Shown here one piece after another: positions 63,017-64,000 of a stretch of DNA of 64,000 bases (position 1 is its first letter; every line of letters begins with the position of its first letter). The notes under the pieces are model-generated. The model worked only from the letters and a program-made list of their open reading frames with translations. It searched no databases and was not told where the DNA came from. Source of the DNA: the human T2T-CHM13v2.0 reference genome, Homo sapiens; NCBI RefSeq assembly GCF_009914755.1, contig NC_060927.1; one strand, written 5' to 3'. Made by a program: the position numbers and the translations under genes.

Positions 63017-63567
63017 CTCTGTAGAGTGGAGTTGCTGGCTTAGTGTTGATGTGGGAGCTACATGGGGAGGGAACTGGTGTTGCTCTCCGTGCAGTTTTCT
63101 GTACTGAATACTCTAAAGGCTCTTTCCTTGTCTTGTCCCAGTTAGGCCCCTCCTGGGCCATCCAAGCCCTTATCCTTGTGGGTTCTGGGCCCAGGTTTCC
63201 TGGCTCCTCTTAGAAAGCCTCAAGGGCATGCAGCCGCAGCGGGCCCCAGTACCCTGGGGATAGATTCTTTCCCTAGCTCCTTTTTATTCCCCCTGGTCCT
63301 CGGACTCCTAGGCTCAAGAGATCTTACCTGCCCCAGCCTCTGGAGTAGCTGGGATCACAAGCACGCACCACCACAGCACCCAGCTCTTTCTCTAATTCTT
63401 AGGCAGATGTTTTCTAATTAGATTAAGCATAAATTAAGTGTGAAGTTTACATTTGGTCTTGTAGCCATCCTAAGAAATTGACCTTTTAATTCCATCATTT
63501 ACCCAAGCTTCCCAAATCTTGCTGACTGGGTGGTAGGAGGAAAGATTTGCAAGGAGAATAACATAAT

Positions 63568-63870
63568 GGACTGGGCGCGGTGGCTCACACTGTAATCCCA
63601 GCACTCTGGGAGGCCGAGACGGGTGGATCACCCGAGGTCCGGAATTCGAGACCAGCCTGACCAACATGGGGAAACCTCGTCTCTACTAAAATTACAAAAT
63701 TAGCCGGGCGTGGTGGTGCATGCCGGTAATCCCAGCTATTCGGGGGCTGAGGCAGGAGAATCGCTCGAACCCAGGAGGTGGAGGCTGCGGTGAGCCAAGA
63801 TCACGCCACTGTACTCCAGCCTGGGCAACAAGAGCGAAACTCCTTCTCAAATTAAAAAAAAAAAAAAAAG
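63568..63870 (+). mobile_element. Alu downstream of AP2M1
   Basis: Full Alu consensus with A tail. Confidence 0.9.
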
Positions 63871-64000
63871 AATATAATGAATCTCCATGTCTCATCACCC
63901 AGCTTCAACTATGATCAATGCGTGGCCAGTTCCTTAATATCACATCCAGTCTGTGTTCACTTAACCAGGTGTCTTATCAAATTTTTCCAGATAAGGTCCA

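Overview
Human (or great-ape) genomic DNA, recognisable as the 3q27.1 locus. It holds three complete + strand spliced genes, each assembled by hand from GT-AG junctions: EIF2B5 (16 coding exons, 721 aa), DVL3 (15 coding exons, 716 aa) and AP2M1 (11 coding exons including a 6-nt microexon, 435 aa). A full-length RPS3 processed pseudogene sits inside an Alu between EIF2B5 and DVL3. The rest is very Alu-dense, with old L1, L2, MIR and MER fragments. Repeat coordinates and subfamily calls are approximate. I found no convincing new gene system. The structures least explained by the annotation are three template-switch-like scars: a 319/320-identical inverted copy inside an Alu in DVL3 intron 1, a direct+inverted triplication with a fold-back junction at 6.3-8.6 kb, and a perfect 32-bp palindrome in AP2M1 intron 10. 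Also notable are a second AP2M1 microexon with a 69-nt cassette exon, an AP2M1 uORF, and an ATG-initiated alternative frame across DVL3 exons 14-15.
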